Positions 44,534 through 53,661 of a stretch of DNA of 56,865 nucleotides are shown here, one piece after another. The position numbers were made by a program, and so were the translations under genes. The notes beneath the pieces were generated by a model. That model was not told the DNA's origin, made no database searches, and was given only the letters and a program-made list of their open reading frames with translations. How positions within the stretch are numbered: the stretch's first letter is position 1; each line of letters starts with the position of its first letter. The stretch comes from Bacteroidales bacterium (GTDB lineage Bacteria; Bacteroidota; Bacteroidia; Bacteroidales; JAIPAP01). The DNA is taken from contig JAIPAP010000005.1 of assembly GCA_021740045.1 (NCBI GenBank), forward strand, positions 1-56,865. Reading direction: 5' to 3'.

Positions 44534-45346
44534 TTAAAGTTGAGGAACCAACTCCTTGATAATACCTGCCAACTTCGGTTCAACGGCCGAAGCAGCTTCT
44601 AACACATCTTCATGGGAGATTTCCACAATTTTGCCTTGTACACCCAAATCGGAAATGATGGATACCGCAAAACAGGGTAGGTCCATATGCCTGGCCGCAA
44701 TTACCTCAGGAATGGTCGACATACCTACGGCATCGGCTCCAATGGTCCTGATGTAAGTGTATTCGGCGGGTGTTTCGTATGTTGGACCCGATACAGCTGC
44801 ATATATGCCTTTCTTTACAGGGATATTCATCTTACCGGCAATCAGTTGCGCCTTCTCGATTATCGAGCGATCGTAAGGTTCACTCATATCAAGAAACCGG
44901 GGCCCGAGTTCATTGTTGTTCAGGCCTATTAAAGGATTATCGCCCATCAGATTGATGTGATCGTAGATAAACATAATGTCACCGATCTGGAAGTCGGGAT
45001 TCACACCACCGGCCGCATTGGAAAGGATCAGGGATTGAATACCCATTTGTTTCATCACCCGGATGGGGAAGGTTAATTGATCCATAGAATAACCTTCATA
45101 ATAATGAAAGCGGCCTTTCATAGCAACTACCGGGATTTCATTCAGATACCCGAAGATAAGCTCACCATGATGGCCATCTACCGTCGAAACCGGAAAATTA
45201 GGGATTTCTGTATAAGGGAACGAATCTTTAATGTCAATTTCTTTGGTTAATCCTGCCAGCCCTGACCCAAGAATTATACCGACTTTAGGTTCCAACGCTG
45301 CTGCGAGTTTCAGATGTGTTGCGGTTTCTTTTATCGTTTCTAACAT
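44534..45346 (-). CDS. Purine nucleoside phosphorylase (trimeric PNP-I family)
   Basis: Motifs IILGSGLAG, GRFHYYEG, SNAAGG and VGMSTIPEV. I prefer Met15 (45346) as the start. Even so, the gene overlaps the lpxK 3' end by 62 nt. Confidence 0.85.
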   Translation of the reverse strand: MLETIKETATHLKLAAALEPKVGIILGSGLAGLTKEIDIKDSFPYTEIPNFPVSTVDGHHGELIFGYLNEIPVVAMKGRFHYYEGYSMDQLTFPIRVMKQMGIQSLILSNAAGGVNPDFQIGDIMFIYDHINLMGDNPLIGLNNNELGPRFLDMSEPYDRSIIEKAQLIAGKMNIPVKKGIYAAVSGPTYETPAEYTYIRTIGADAVGMSTIPEVIAARHMDLPCFAVSIISDLGVQGKIVEISHEDVLEAASAVEPKLAGIIKELVPQL

Positions 45347-46385
45347 AATCCAATACCTGTTTTTCAAAATCTTCTTTTCTGTTATCAAAATGGATCTTTA
45401 CCTCAATAGGCATATAAAAGATCGGCATTTGCTGTGCAAAGGTCTTAATTTTTGGATAACTAAGACGCATGGCATCTTTTTCGGTAGTGACTATAACTTT
45501 CTTGCTGCCTACTATATTATCATAGGTGTTTTTGATTTGTTTAAGGTCGCTGATCGAATAATGATGATGGTCGGAATATTCAAGGGTTATCAATTCATCA
45601 CAAAATCGTTTGAGGTAATCCACCAGGGGATAAGAATTGGCTATGCCGGTAAATAATAATATGGTATTTGCTTGTTTCGGAAGAGATTCATCCAATTCAC
45701 TCCACAAGGGTTTAAAGTTATTGTATTCAATGTAAGAATAATAGACACTTTGGTAGGGGCGAGGCTTGATCTTATCTTCAACCAGGCGTTTGGCCAGGGG
45801 AGAAAATACATTGGCGGTTTTTGTAATAATGATCATGTCGGCCCTTTTAGCCCCCGACTTGGGTTCGCGTAAATTGCCGGTAGGCAATATAAAATCATCG
45901 GTATACAGCGAATGATAATCGGTTAACAACATGGATAAACCCGGCTTAACCCAACGGTGCTGGAAGGCATCATCGAGAAGGATCACCTCGATTTCGGGGA
46001 ACTTTTTCCGGAGTTGACGGATTCCGTTAACCCTTTTTTCATCCACAGCTACGATCACGTCTTCAAATTTGCGTGCATATTGCAAAGGTTCGTCGCCCGT
46101 TTCAACGGGTGTATGATTGGGGCTAACAATACGAAAACCCTTAGAATGCCGTCCATAACCCCTGCTTAGGGTAGCTACTTTATAATGCGGCCGTAATATC
46201 CTGATAAGGTATTCGATTTGAGGTGATTTTCCTGATCCCCCGGTTGAAAGGTTGCCAACCGAAATGATCGGTATATCAAACTCTTTAGAGCGAAATACCC
46301 CCCAGTCAAACAATTTATTGCGCAAAACAACCATCAGCCCGTATATCAGGGCGAATGGTATTAGAAGTATCCTTAAAAATTCCAC
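45285..46385 (-). CDS. lpxK: Tetraacyldisaccharide 4'-kinase
   Basis: 366 aa. N-terminal membrane helix. P-loop VGNLSTGGSGKSP. Also ILLDDAFQH. GTG start. Confidence 0.9.
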   Translation of the reverse strand: MEFLRILLIPFALIYGLMVVLRNKLFDWGVFRSKEFDIPIISVGNLSTGGSGKSPQIEYLIRILRPHYKVATLSRGYGRHSKGFRIVSPNHTPVETGDEPLQYARKFEDVIVAVDEKRVNGIRQLRKKFPEIEVILLDDAFQHRWVKPGLSMLLTDYHSLYTDDFILPTGNLREPKSGAKRADMIIITKTANVFSPLAKRLVEDKIKPRPYQSVYYSYIEYNNFKPLWSELDESLPKQANTILLFTGIANSYPLVDYLKRFCDELITLEYSDHHHYSISDLKQIKNTYDNIVGSKKVIVTTEKDAMRLSYPKIKTFAQQMPIFYMPIEVKIHFDNRKEDFEKQVLDYVRNDKRNRNTSETRSSVGT

Positions 46386-46613
46386 GCAATAAATATATTA
46401 ATTTCCCTTGTCATCACAAACCCGGTTTTAGTTATTATTTTATTATGCTTATTTAAACCCTGAGGCATAGTGAGTTGTTAAGATGAAAATTTTTAGGTAA
46501 ACTTTGGTGATGAAGAAAATATGTAATTTAGTAGACGGCCAAACAATTTGAAAAGGTAAATTGATAAGCTATTGAAAGAATTCAGGTAAACGAAAATCAA
46601 AAATTCGATCCAT

Positions 46614-47708
46614 ATGGAATTAAAAGAAATTACAAATTACCTCGAAAAAATGGCCCCAACTTCTTTGCAGGAGGCATACGATAATTCAGGGCTATTGATC
46701 GGAGAATCCGGTAAAGAGGTGAACAAGGCTCTTATTACCCTCGACGTAACTGATGAAGTGTTGGATGAAGCCATTTCAAAGGAATGCAACTTAGTGATAG
46801 CGCATCATCCGTTGATCTTTAAAGGCATTAAACGGTTCAACGGGAAATCTTTCACCGACCGGCTGGTTACCAAAGCCATTAAGCATGATATTGCCATTTA
46901 CGCCATTCATACCAACCTCGATAATGTGGACATCGGCGTAAATTCCATGCTGGCTCAAAAGATTGGGCTTCAAAAGGTGCGCATATTGTCGCCAAAGAAT
47001 GATCAACTGCGCAAGCTCATCACTTTTTGTCCGGTCGACCATGCTGAGAAAGTCAGAAAAGCCATATTTGCTGCCGGAGCCGGTAACATTGGCGAATACG
47101 ATAGCTGCAGTTTTAACCAGGAAGGCCTTGGCTCTTTTAAGGCAGGCGAAAATGCCGACCCTTTTGTTGGAGAAGTAAATGAATTGCACTACGAAAAGGA
47201 GTATAAGATAGAATCGGTGTATCCGGTGTATATGGAACGGCAGGTTATTAATGCCATGATTGATGCGCATCCTTATGAAGAAGTGGCTTATGATGTTGTG
47301 CCTCTTAAAAATGAATATCTAAGAACGGGGTCGGGAATGATTGGTGAGCTGGAAAATAATGAAGATGAATTAGCGTTTTTGAAACGGATAAAAAAAGTTT
47401 TGGGTAGTGGAACTATCAGATATTCAAGACTTTTAAATAAGGATGTAAAAAAAGTGGCCCTTTGTGGTGGTGCCGGAAGTTTTTTGATAGATGATGCCAT
47501 TGTGGCCGGGGCAGATGTTTTTATTACCGGTGATGTAAAGTATCATCAATTTTTCGATGCAAATGGGAAGATGGTCATAGCAGATGTTGGGCACTATGAA
47601 AGTGAACAATTTACCAAAGAACTAATCCATCAATTACTGATGGAAAAATTTTCTAACTTTGCAGTCCTTATTTCGGAAAGGAATACAAACTCAGTTAATT
47701 ATTTGTAA
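46614..47708 (+). CDS. Nif3-like dinuclear metal-centre protein (GTP cyclohydrolase 1 type 2 homologue) with an inserted PII-like domain
   Basis: 364 aa. Motifs DNSGLLIG, LVIAHHPLIFKG, IAIYAIHTNLD and GHYESEQF. Confidence 0.85.
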   Translation: MELKEITNYLEKMAPTSLQEAYDNSGLLIGESGKEVNKALITLDVTDEVLDEAISKECNLVIAHHPLIFKGIKRFNGKSFTDRLVTKAIKHDIAIYAIHTNLDNVDIGVNSMLAQKIGLQKVRILSPKNDQLRKLITFCPVDHAEKVRKAIFAAGAGNIGEYDSCSFNQEGLGSFKAGENADPFVGEVNELHYEKEYKIESVYPVYMERQVINAMIDAHPYEEVAYDVVPLKNEYLRTGSGMIGELENNEDELAFLKRIKKVLGSGTIRYSRLLNKDVKKVALCGGAGSFLIDDAIVAGADVFITGDVKYHQFFDANGKMVIADVGHYESEQFTKELIHQLLMEKFSNFAVLISERNTNSVNYL

Positions 47709-47723
47709 ATACAGGAATTTGAT

Positions 47724-48554
47724 ATGGCAAAATCGGAATCAAAAGCCAATAAAACCAAAGAAAAGGTAGCTGATCAGAATACCGGAGAGCAGCAAAAAAC
47801 CGACGACAGTATTGAAGCGAATGTGGAGCGCAAGCTGGTTGCTCTTTACAGTCTTCAAAAAATCGATACACAAATTGACAAGATCCGTAGTATACGTGGC
47901 GAGCTTCCCCTTGAGGTTGAGGATTTGGAAGATGAGATAGTGGGGCTTGAAACGCGTATTAATAACTACCAGGAGAAGATCGGGGAGATGGATAATGCGA
48001 TCAGTGAAAAGAATAATGCCAAGAAAGAGAGTGAATCGCTTATTGCTAAATATAATGAGCAGATAAAAAATGTAAGGAACAACCGCGAATACGAGTCGCT
48101 TTCAAAAGAGATCGAATTCCAGACCCTCGAAAGTCAGTTGGCCGACAAGCGCATCAAGGAATACACCGAACAAAAAGAGGAAACTCAAAGTAGGATAGAC
48201 GAGACCCAAAAATTGCTTGATGAGCGAAGGAACGATCTGGACATAAAAAAGAAAGAGCTTAAGGATATTGTTGCTGAAACGGAAAAAGAGGAAAATAACC
48301 TGATCAAAAAATCAGAAGAGCACCAGGAAATTATCGAAGATCGATTACTCACAGCTTACAAGCGAATAAGGAAAAACGCCCGTAACGGGCTGGCCGTTGT
48401 GCCTATTGAACGTGATGCCTGTGGCGGTTGCTTTAATAAAATTCCTCCACAGCGTCAGCTCGACATCAAGATGCACAAAAAAATTATTGTGTGCGAATAT
48501 TGCGGCCGAATTTTGATTGATGATAATATTGCTGAAAAGGTGAGCATCAACTAA
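47724..48554 (+). CDS. Coiled-coil protein with a C-terminal C4 zinc ribbon (COG1579-type), the usual Nif3 neighbour
   Basis: 276 aa. Long K/E-rich coiled coil, then CGGC...CEYCGR. Confidence 0.75.
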   Translation: MAKSESKANKTKEKVADQNTGEQQKTDDSIEANVERKLVALYSLQKIDTQIDKIRSIRGELPLEVEDLEDEIVGLETRINNYQEKIGEMDNAISEKNNAKKESESLIAKYNEQIKNVRNNREYESLSKEIEFQTLESQLADKRIKEYTEQKEETQSRIDETQKLLDERRNDLDIKKKELKDIVAETEKEENNLIKKSEEHQEIIEDRLLTAYKRIRKNARNGLAVVPIERDACGGCFNKIPPQRQLDIKMHKKIIVCEYCGRILIDDNIAEKVSIN

Positions 48555-48582
48555 AGAAATGATGTTTAAACATAAATTAAGA

Positions 48583-48620
48583 GAGGAGATCTAAAAGAAG
48601 ACTCCTCTTTTTTTATTTTT
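48583..48620 (+). terminator. Rho-independent terminator after the zinc-ribbon gene
   Basis: agaggag-atctaaaagaaga-ctcctct is followed by tttttttatttt. Confidence 0.5.
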
Positions 48621-48635
48621 ATACAAAATTTACTA

Positions 48636-50147
48636 ATGAAAAGACTGTTACTACCGCTTATTCTTGCTTTTTTACTACCCCTGGCCGGGATTTCGGGAGG
48701 TAATTACCATTTTAACAGGCAGTGTAAAAAGGCTTATCATGAAATTCTTGCATTACGTCTTGATTCAGGCAAGGCAATCCTCGACCGGGAAAGGGAAGTT
48801 AATCCCGATAATCTTATACCTGTTTACCTCGAAAACTATATCGATTTCCTTAAGATCATCATCAGTGAGGAGGAAGAACTGCTGGAGAAGCTGAAAGACA
48901 ATAAAAAGAAACGCAAGGAACTGCTATTGGAGGGTAATAAAAATTCGCCTTATTACCGGTATTGCCTGGCCAATCTTGAGTTACAGTGGGCTTTTTCACG
49001 TTTAAAATTTGAAGAATACTTTGCCACGGCATTTGAAATAAACCGTGCCTATCGTTTATTAAGTGAGAACCGAAAGAAATATCCCGATTTTCTGCCCAAT
49101 AACATTGAAATGGGTATACTGCACACCATCATCGGGTTGGTGCCGGATAAATTTGAATGGTTCACCAGTTTATTTGGATTTGAAGGCACCATTTCGCAAG
49201 GCGAAGAGGAGTTAAAGGAAGTGGTTTTTCTTTCTTCCGGTTCACCCTACGCTCATTTAAGGACCGAAGCATTGTTCTTTCTCACTTTCATTTCGCTTAA
49301 TCTGAATGAGGATCTCCAGCAAGCCGAGCATCTGTGGGGCATTTACCAGGCTGATTCGATGAAGTCACTTGTAGAGGGTAATCTTTTGTTGACTTATGCA
49401 CAAGCCCGGCTGGCCATGGAAACCGGAAGAAATGATGAAGCTATCGGCCTATTGACCGAAAGGCCTCATGGTAAACAATATTATCCTTTCCATTACCTCG
49501 ATTACCTGGCCGGAAGAACCAAAATGTATCGCATGGATGAGAATGCCGTGGAATATTTGTTTGATTTCACCTCGAACTTCAACGGGATTAATTTCATTAA
49601 ATCGGCCTATCAATATATTGCCTGGTATTTTTTGCTTCATGGCAATCAGGAACTTTATCATCAGAATATGAAAAAAGCTGATTACAATGGTTCTTCCATT
49701 GTGGGCGCCGATAAGCGCGCCGAATTAGCCCTGGAGAAAAACATAACTCCGGCCAAATGTATCCTTGAATCGCGTTTGCTGTTCGACGGGGGTTATTATG
49801 ACCGTTCTCTCAAGGTGCTTAAGCGGGTTACCACTGATGAGGTCAATGGATTATCACAACATGATTACCTGGAATACATTTATCGCTTTGGCCGCATCTA
49901 TCAAAAAACCAATAAAGATGATCAAGCCCTTGAATGGTACCGGCAAGCCATTGAAAAAGGGCGTGGTACACCTTACTATTTTGCTGCCAATGCTGCCTTG
50001 ATGAGCGCTAAGATTTACGAGAAGAAAGGCAATTTGGCCAAAGCCTTATCTTATTATGAGATGGTGCAGGAGCTCGATTTCGACGAGTATGAGCAAAGTA
50101 TAAAACAAAAGGCCAAAGCACGGATGCAGCGGTTGGAAAACCAATAA
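48636..50147 (+). CDS. Secreted TPR-like repeat protein, function unknown
   Basis: 503 aa with a signal peptide, all-helical. The C-terminal region has TPR-like repeats (YIYRFGRIYQKTNKDDQALEWYRQAIE..., AALMSAKIYEKKGNLAKALSYYEMV). Confidence 0.6.
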   Translation: MKRLLLPLILAFLLPLAGISGGNYHFNRQCKKAYHEILALRLDSGKAILDREREVNPDNLIPVYLENYIDFLKIIISEEEELLEKLKDNKKKRKELLLEGNKNSPYYRYCLANLELQWAFSRLKFEEYFATAFEINRAYRLLSENRKKYPDFLPNNIEMGILHTIIGLVPDKFEWFTSLFGFEGTISQGEEELKEVVFLSSGSPYAHLRTEALFFLTFISLNLNEDLQQAEHLWGIYQADSMKSLVEGNLLLTYAQARLAMETGRNDEAIGLLTERPHGKQYYPFHYLDYLAGRTKMYRMDENAVEYLFDFTSNFNGINFIKSAYQYIAWYFLLHGNQELYHQNMKKADYNGSSIVGADKRAELALEKNITPAKCILESRLLFDGGYYDRSLKVLKRVTTDEVNGLSQHDYLEYIYRFGRIYQKTNKDDQALEWYRQAIEKGRGTPYYFAANAALMSAKIYEKKGNLAKALSYYEMVQELDFDEYEQSIKQKAKARMQRLENQ

Positions 50148-50150
50148 AAA

Positions 50151-50174
50151 AACCGGTTCAAAACTGAACCGGTT
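50151..50174 (-). terminator. Terminator hairpin between convergent genes; the T-run is on the minus strand
   Basis: aaccggttca-aaac-tgaaccggtt forms a 10-bp perfect stem. The plus strand is preceded by aaaaaaa, which reads as a T-run on the minus strand. Confidence 0.55.
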
Positions 50175-50223
50175 GATTGGTAAAAAACCATATTTGATTT
50201 ATAACGGAGTGCCTATCCTTTTA

Positions 50224-51663
50224 TTAATATCTGATACCCAATGTAATCATAAACATGCTCCGGGCATGATCGAGCTTGGCGGCATCTACCAAATTGGCGC
50301 TATACAAGTAATAATCCGTTGAGTATTCATTTCGAACATAGGCCAGATCAACAAAATAATCCTTTTCCCTGAATCCGAAACCAAATGTATAGGAAGTAAG
50401 TTCTTCATCATTTATACCGCCCTGGTATGGGCTTCCGTAAATGGCGTAGCCGCCTCTTATGCTAAAGGCATCGTAAACCCATTCCGTTCCTAATCGCAGG
50501 TTGCTAACACTGGTATAAGAGGACCTGATAGCATCGTTAGCTTTAAAAAACTGATCGGAAGAAGAACGGAGCCGGGCATTTGAATAATCTACAAATTCAT
50601 AATCGGCGCTTACAAAACCATATTGGCCTATAAAAATGGCCATGCTACCGATAGCGCGCCAAGGGGTTTCCAGGTCATAGTCGAAATTGCCCTGCGGCGA
50701 ATCCTGCGTATAGGAATCACCATTATCGAACTGTGACGTCATGGAAGCGCTCCAGGTATCGGAGAGATTGCTGTAAAAGGTGGGTGAATGAATAGCGCCG
50801 CCCAAACGCAGCCATTGTGTGGGTCGGGCAATAAAGCCCAGCTTAGCGTTGAATCCGGTTCCTTCGGTTTCAAGGTCGAAGTTTCGTGTAAAGGATTGGA
50901 AATATCCATCGCGGTTCCGGTTATCGGTTTCGGTGTAAGTGCTTTGTTGGTGGTATCTGATATAAGGTACACCAATGGTTGCACCAAGGTATAAATGATC
51001 TTCATAATTGGCGCCAAAGGTGAATACCATTTTATTTTGTGACCCGTCTTTCGTTATTGATTTCTGTTGAAGAACCCCACCATCGGGCATGTCGGCATGG
51101 TAAACATAATTACCGGTTGTATCGAAAATCACATCGGTTTGGTAGGCGAGCCAGGTGCTGAACCGGTCCATATCTTCTGGAGCAACACCTTGAATTCTTT
51201 CCAGGTAGCCGGTTAACAATGAATTTTGATTGTTGAATCCTTCAATAAGGGTGCGGTTGTTAAAATCATTGCGCCGGTTCATGCCAAAACCAAACTGAAA
51301 GTTCTTCCATCCGTTCTTCTTATTGTTATTACCCATCTGCATTACTATCCCCACATTATTCAACCCAAAGGAGTATTTGTTATCCTCTCTGTACCTATTC
51401 TTAAAGTTAGCCTCGGTAACGGTTGAAAAAATTGTGGGAGTAATAACTAATTCGGAACTATTGTAGAGGCCAATTCCCGCCGGGTTATCACTAAGCGAGG
51501 AGAAATCGGCCCCGATGGCTCCGAAAGCACCGGCGGCGCCCATATAACGGGCTGTACCGCCAAAAGTAGTTCTCGAGTAACGCAAGGCATCAACTTCATT
51601 TTGCGCCATGCCTGTAGCAAAGGCCATTGCCAGTAGCAATGTGATTACAAAACTCTTTTTCAT
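50224..51663 (-). CDS. Outer-membrane beta-barrel protein (FadL/OmpP1-like look), function unknown
   Basis: 479 aa. Signal peptide ending AQN. The Gly/aromatic-rich N-terminus DALRYSRTTFGGTARYMGAAGAFGAIG is followed by alternating amphipathic strands. The C-terminus ...MFMITLGIRY ends in an aromatic residue (OMP beta-signal). Confidence 0.7.
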   Translation of the reverse strand: MKKSFVITLLLAMAFATGMAQNEVDALRYSRTTFGGTARYMGAAGAFGAIGADFSSLSDNPAGIGLYNSSELVITPTIFSTVTEANFKNRYREDNKYSFGLNNVGIVMQMGNNNKKNGWKNFQFGFGMNRRNDFNNRTLIEGFNNQNSLLTGYLERIQGVAPEDMDRFSTWLAYQTDVIFDTTGNYVYHADMPDGGVLQQKSITKDGSQNKMVFTFGANYEDHLYLGATIGVPYIRYHQQSTYTETDNRNRDGYFQSFTRNFDLETEGTGFNAKLGFIARPTQWLRLGGAIHSPTFYSNLSDTWSASMTSQFDNGDSYTQDSPQGNFDYDLETPWRAIGSMAIFIGQYGFVSADYEFVDYSNARLRSSSDQFFKANDAIRSSYTSVSNLRLGTEWVYDAFSIRGGYAIYGSPYQGGINDEELTSYTFGFGFREKDYFVDLAYVRNEYSTDYYLYSANLVDAAKLDHARSMFMITLGIRY

Positions 51664-51678
51664 CTCAATTCGTATTAG

Positions 51679-53532
51679 TTATTTTCTACCTCCTGATCCG
51701 CTGGAACGACGTCCAGAGGAACTGCTGCTTGATTTTGATGAACCTGATGATCCCCTGCTATAGCTTGAGGATGACCTTGATGATGAAGACCGTGAATAGC
51801 TTCCACTGGATTTCGACCGTGAAGGACGGGAATAGCTCTTCGGTTTGCTATGGCTCCTCGATGGCTTGCTATAACTTTTCGAAGGCTTGCTATAGCTCCT
51901 TGATGGCTTGCTATAACTTCTCGATGGCTTATTATAGCTCCGTGAAGGTTTGCTGTAGCTTCTCGAAGGTTTGCTATAAGACCTCGAAGGCTTACTATAT
52001 TCCCGTGCAGGCTTATTATAGGAACGTGTCGGTTTTGAATACCGTTTATTGTCATTGTTGATCGTCCGGTTTTGAGGTTTACTGTATGACCTGTTGTTCC
52101 TTGCTTTCGGACTGGTAATCTCGCGGCTCGAATTAGGTTTGCGGTATGAAGGCGAACTATATGTTTTCGGTTTGTTTTCAGGTTTGGTGTACCTGCGGCT
52201 GTTGTTGGGCTTGGTATATTCATACCTTACACGCCTGTTTTCACTGCCCTTACCTTCTTTGGATAACCGGCTTGAAGAAGAGTATTCACCAGGCTTTTCT
52301 TGCGGTTTTACATAGTTACGTTTCGATCCCTCTCCGCTTCTTTGCGAAACAGCAGTTTCACGTTCAGTGGCAGGTTTCGAGGTGCGGCCTTGGTTTTCTT
52401 TTCCCTGGGAAAGGCGAATATCATTTCGCTCTTTACTTGATTCATTCCTTGAGGATGAAATCCTTTCTGTATTCTGTGTTGAAACCCGGGTGTTTTCTTT
52501 CGATACGTCAGTGTTCCGTTTGCCTGCATTCCTGCTGTTTTCGGCTGCAACTTCAGAACCACCGGTTCGTTCAGTGGCATTTCGCTTGCCATCATCCAGT
52601 TGCCGGGTAGAGGAACGATTGGTATTTACTGCATTGCGTCCCGTATTATCTACCACTGTGCCTCGCTTATTGCCGGTAGTTTGCTCGTAGTATTCTCCAA
52701 AGCTCCTTTGAACGGTTGTGCCGGTATTGGTGTAATACGTTGTTCGAGGTCCGTAGTAATAAGAGTTAGGATCATAACTGTTGTAATAAGGTGTATGGTA
52801 ATCATAGTAACCACCACCATACAAACCAGCATAATATCCGTTATAGAAGCCGTTGTAGTATCCTAACATGTAAGAATTGTAGGGGCTGTAATATCCGGTC
52901 ATCATCCAGGGGCTCATACCCCAATAGGAGCCGTAATGGTAGGGGCGGTTCCACATACCCCATGAATAATATGGCCTGTAACCCCAGTGCATTCCAAAGT
53001 TGTACCTTGGCCAGAAATTATAGCTGAAATAAATACTCGATCCGGCCATCCATGGATCATGAGTATACCAATAATAATCAGTATAGTAGGAATTGTAGTA
53101 ACTATCGTAAAAATGATCTCTATGGAACCTTCTTATGCGGGAAGCATACTCATAATCATAATAATCATCGTAATTGAAGGTGCCTCCGTAATAATTGTTG
53201 GTAACGTGTGTGTCTCCCTCACCATCGGTGTAGCTTTCTGAATAATCAGGCTGGGGTTCAGTAGAGTATTCACTGCTTTTAGTATAAGATTCCTCTTCAT
53301 ATGCATTGCCGCTTTCATACTGTTCATCGGAAGAATAATAGTTTTCGCCGTATTCGACGGTATATCCTTCTTCCTCTTGATCAGCGGTGGATGCGGTTGT
53401 AGTAGCCTCTTGCTTGGCTTTTTCTCCCGGCGTATAATACACGTCGTCGTATGAGCTGCGTGTATGATAACCGGAGGAACATGAAGCCAGTATCAAGGCT
53501 GTTGAAACGATTAGAGCGGTTAAAGCTTTCAT
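51679..53532 (-). CDS. Low-complexity lipoprotein with three charge blocks: acidic, Tyr/Trp/Gly-rich (YXWGXW-type) and basic Ser/Arg/Lys-rich with heptad repeats
   Basis: 617 aa with lipobox ILAS-C. Residues ~25-130 are E/D/Y-rich. Residues ~130-290 are Y/W/G-rich and include YSWGMW and SYWGMSPW. The remainder is R/K/S-rich and carries about 10 copies of (S/N)KPSRSY. The gene lies 15 bp upstream of the OMP gene on the same strand. Confidence 0.7.
   Translation of the reverse strand: MKALTALIVSTALILASCSSGYHTRSSYDDVYYTPGEKAKQEATTTASTADQEEEGYTVEYGENYYSSDEQYESGNAYEEESYTKSSEYSTEPQPDYSESYTDGEGDTHVTNNYYGGTFNYDDYYDYEYASRIRRFHRDHFYDSYYNSYYTDYYWYTHDPWMAGSSIYFSYNFWPRYNFGMHWGYRPYYSWGMWNRPYHYGSYWGMSPWMMTGYYSPYNSYMLGYYNGFYNGYYAGLYGGGYYDYHTPYYNSYDPNSYYYGPRTTYYTNTGTTVQRSFGEYYEQTTGNKRGTVVDNTGRNAVNTNRSSTRQLDDGKRNATERTGGSEVAAENSRNAGKRNTDVSKENTRVSTQNTERISSSRNESSKERNDIRLSQGKENQGRTSKPATERETAVSQRSGEGSKRNYVKPQEKPGEYSSSSRLSKEGKGSENRRVRYEYTKPNNSRRYTKPENKPKTYSSPSYRKPNSSREITSPKARNNRSYSKPQNRTINNDNKRYSKPTRSYNKPAREYSKPSRSYSKPSRSYSKPSRSYNKPSRSYSKPSRSYSKPSKSYSKPSRSHSKPKSYSRPSRSKSSGSYSRSSSSRSSSSYSRGSSGSSKSSSSSSGRRSSGSGGRK
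51818..52044. repeat. 21-bp tandem repeat array (about 10 imperfect copies) inside the lipoprotein gene
   Basis: The plus strand shows repeated units such as tcgaaggcttgctatagctcc, ttgatggcttgctataacttc and tcgaaggtttgctataagacc. On the minus strand these encode the KPSRSYS heptads. Confidence 0.75.
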
Positions 53533-53590
53533 GGTTAGGTCCTCCTTTATGTTAAATGTTTTAGCTTCGATCAGCGTTTGAATATTTTGT

Positions 53591-53598
53591 TATTTTTG
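53591..53598 (+). promoter_or_regulatory. Candidate -7 promoter box TAttTTTG upstream of proS
   Basis: tatttttg matches TAnnTTTG. It lies 64 nt upstream of ATG 53662. Confidence 0.3.
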
Positions 53599-53661
53599 TG
53601 CCTCCTTTTAAGGAAACACATTTCAAACGTTAAAATTGCAAATATTATACCATACGGAAAT

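Noticed and set aside
51675-52223. A 182-aa ORF (HRGAIASH-type repeats) overlaps the 3' part of the 617-aa lipoprotein gene in another frame.
   Set aside because: It is an artefact of the 21-bp periodicity. It has no signal, start context or independent motif. The 617-aa frame has a lipobox and continuous coding character.
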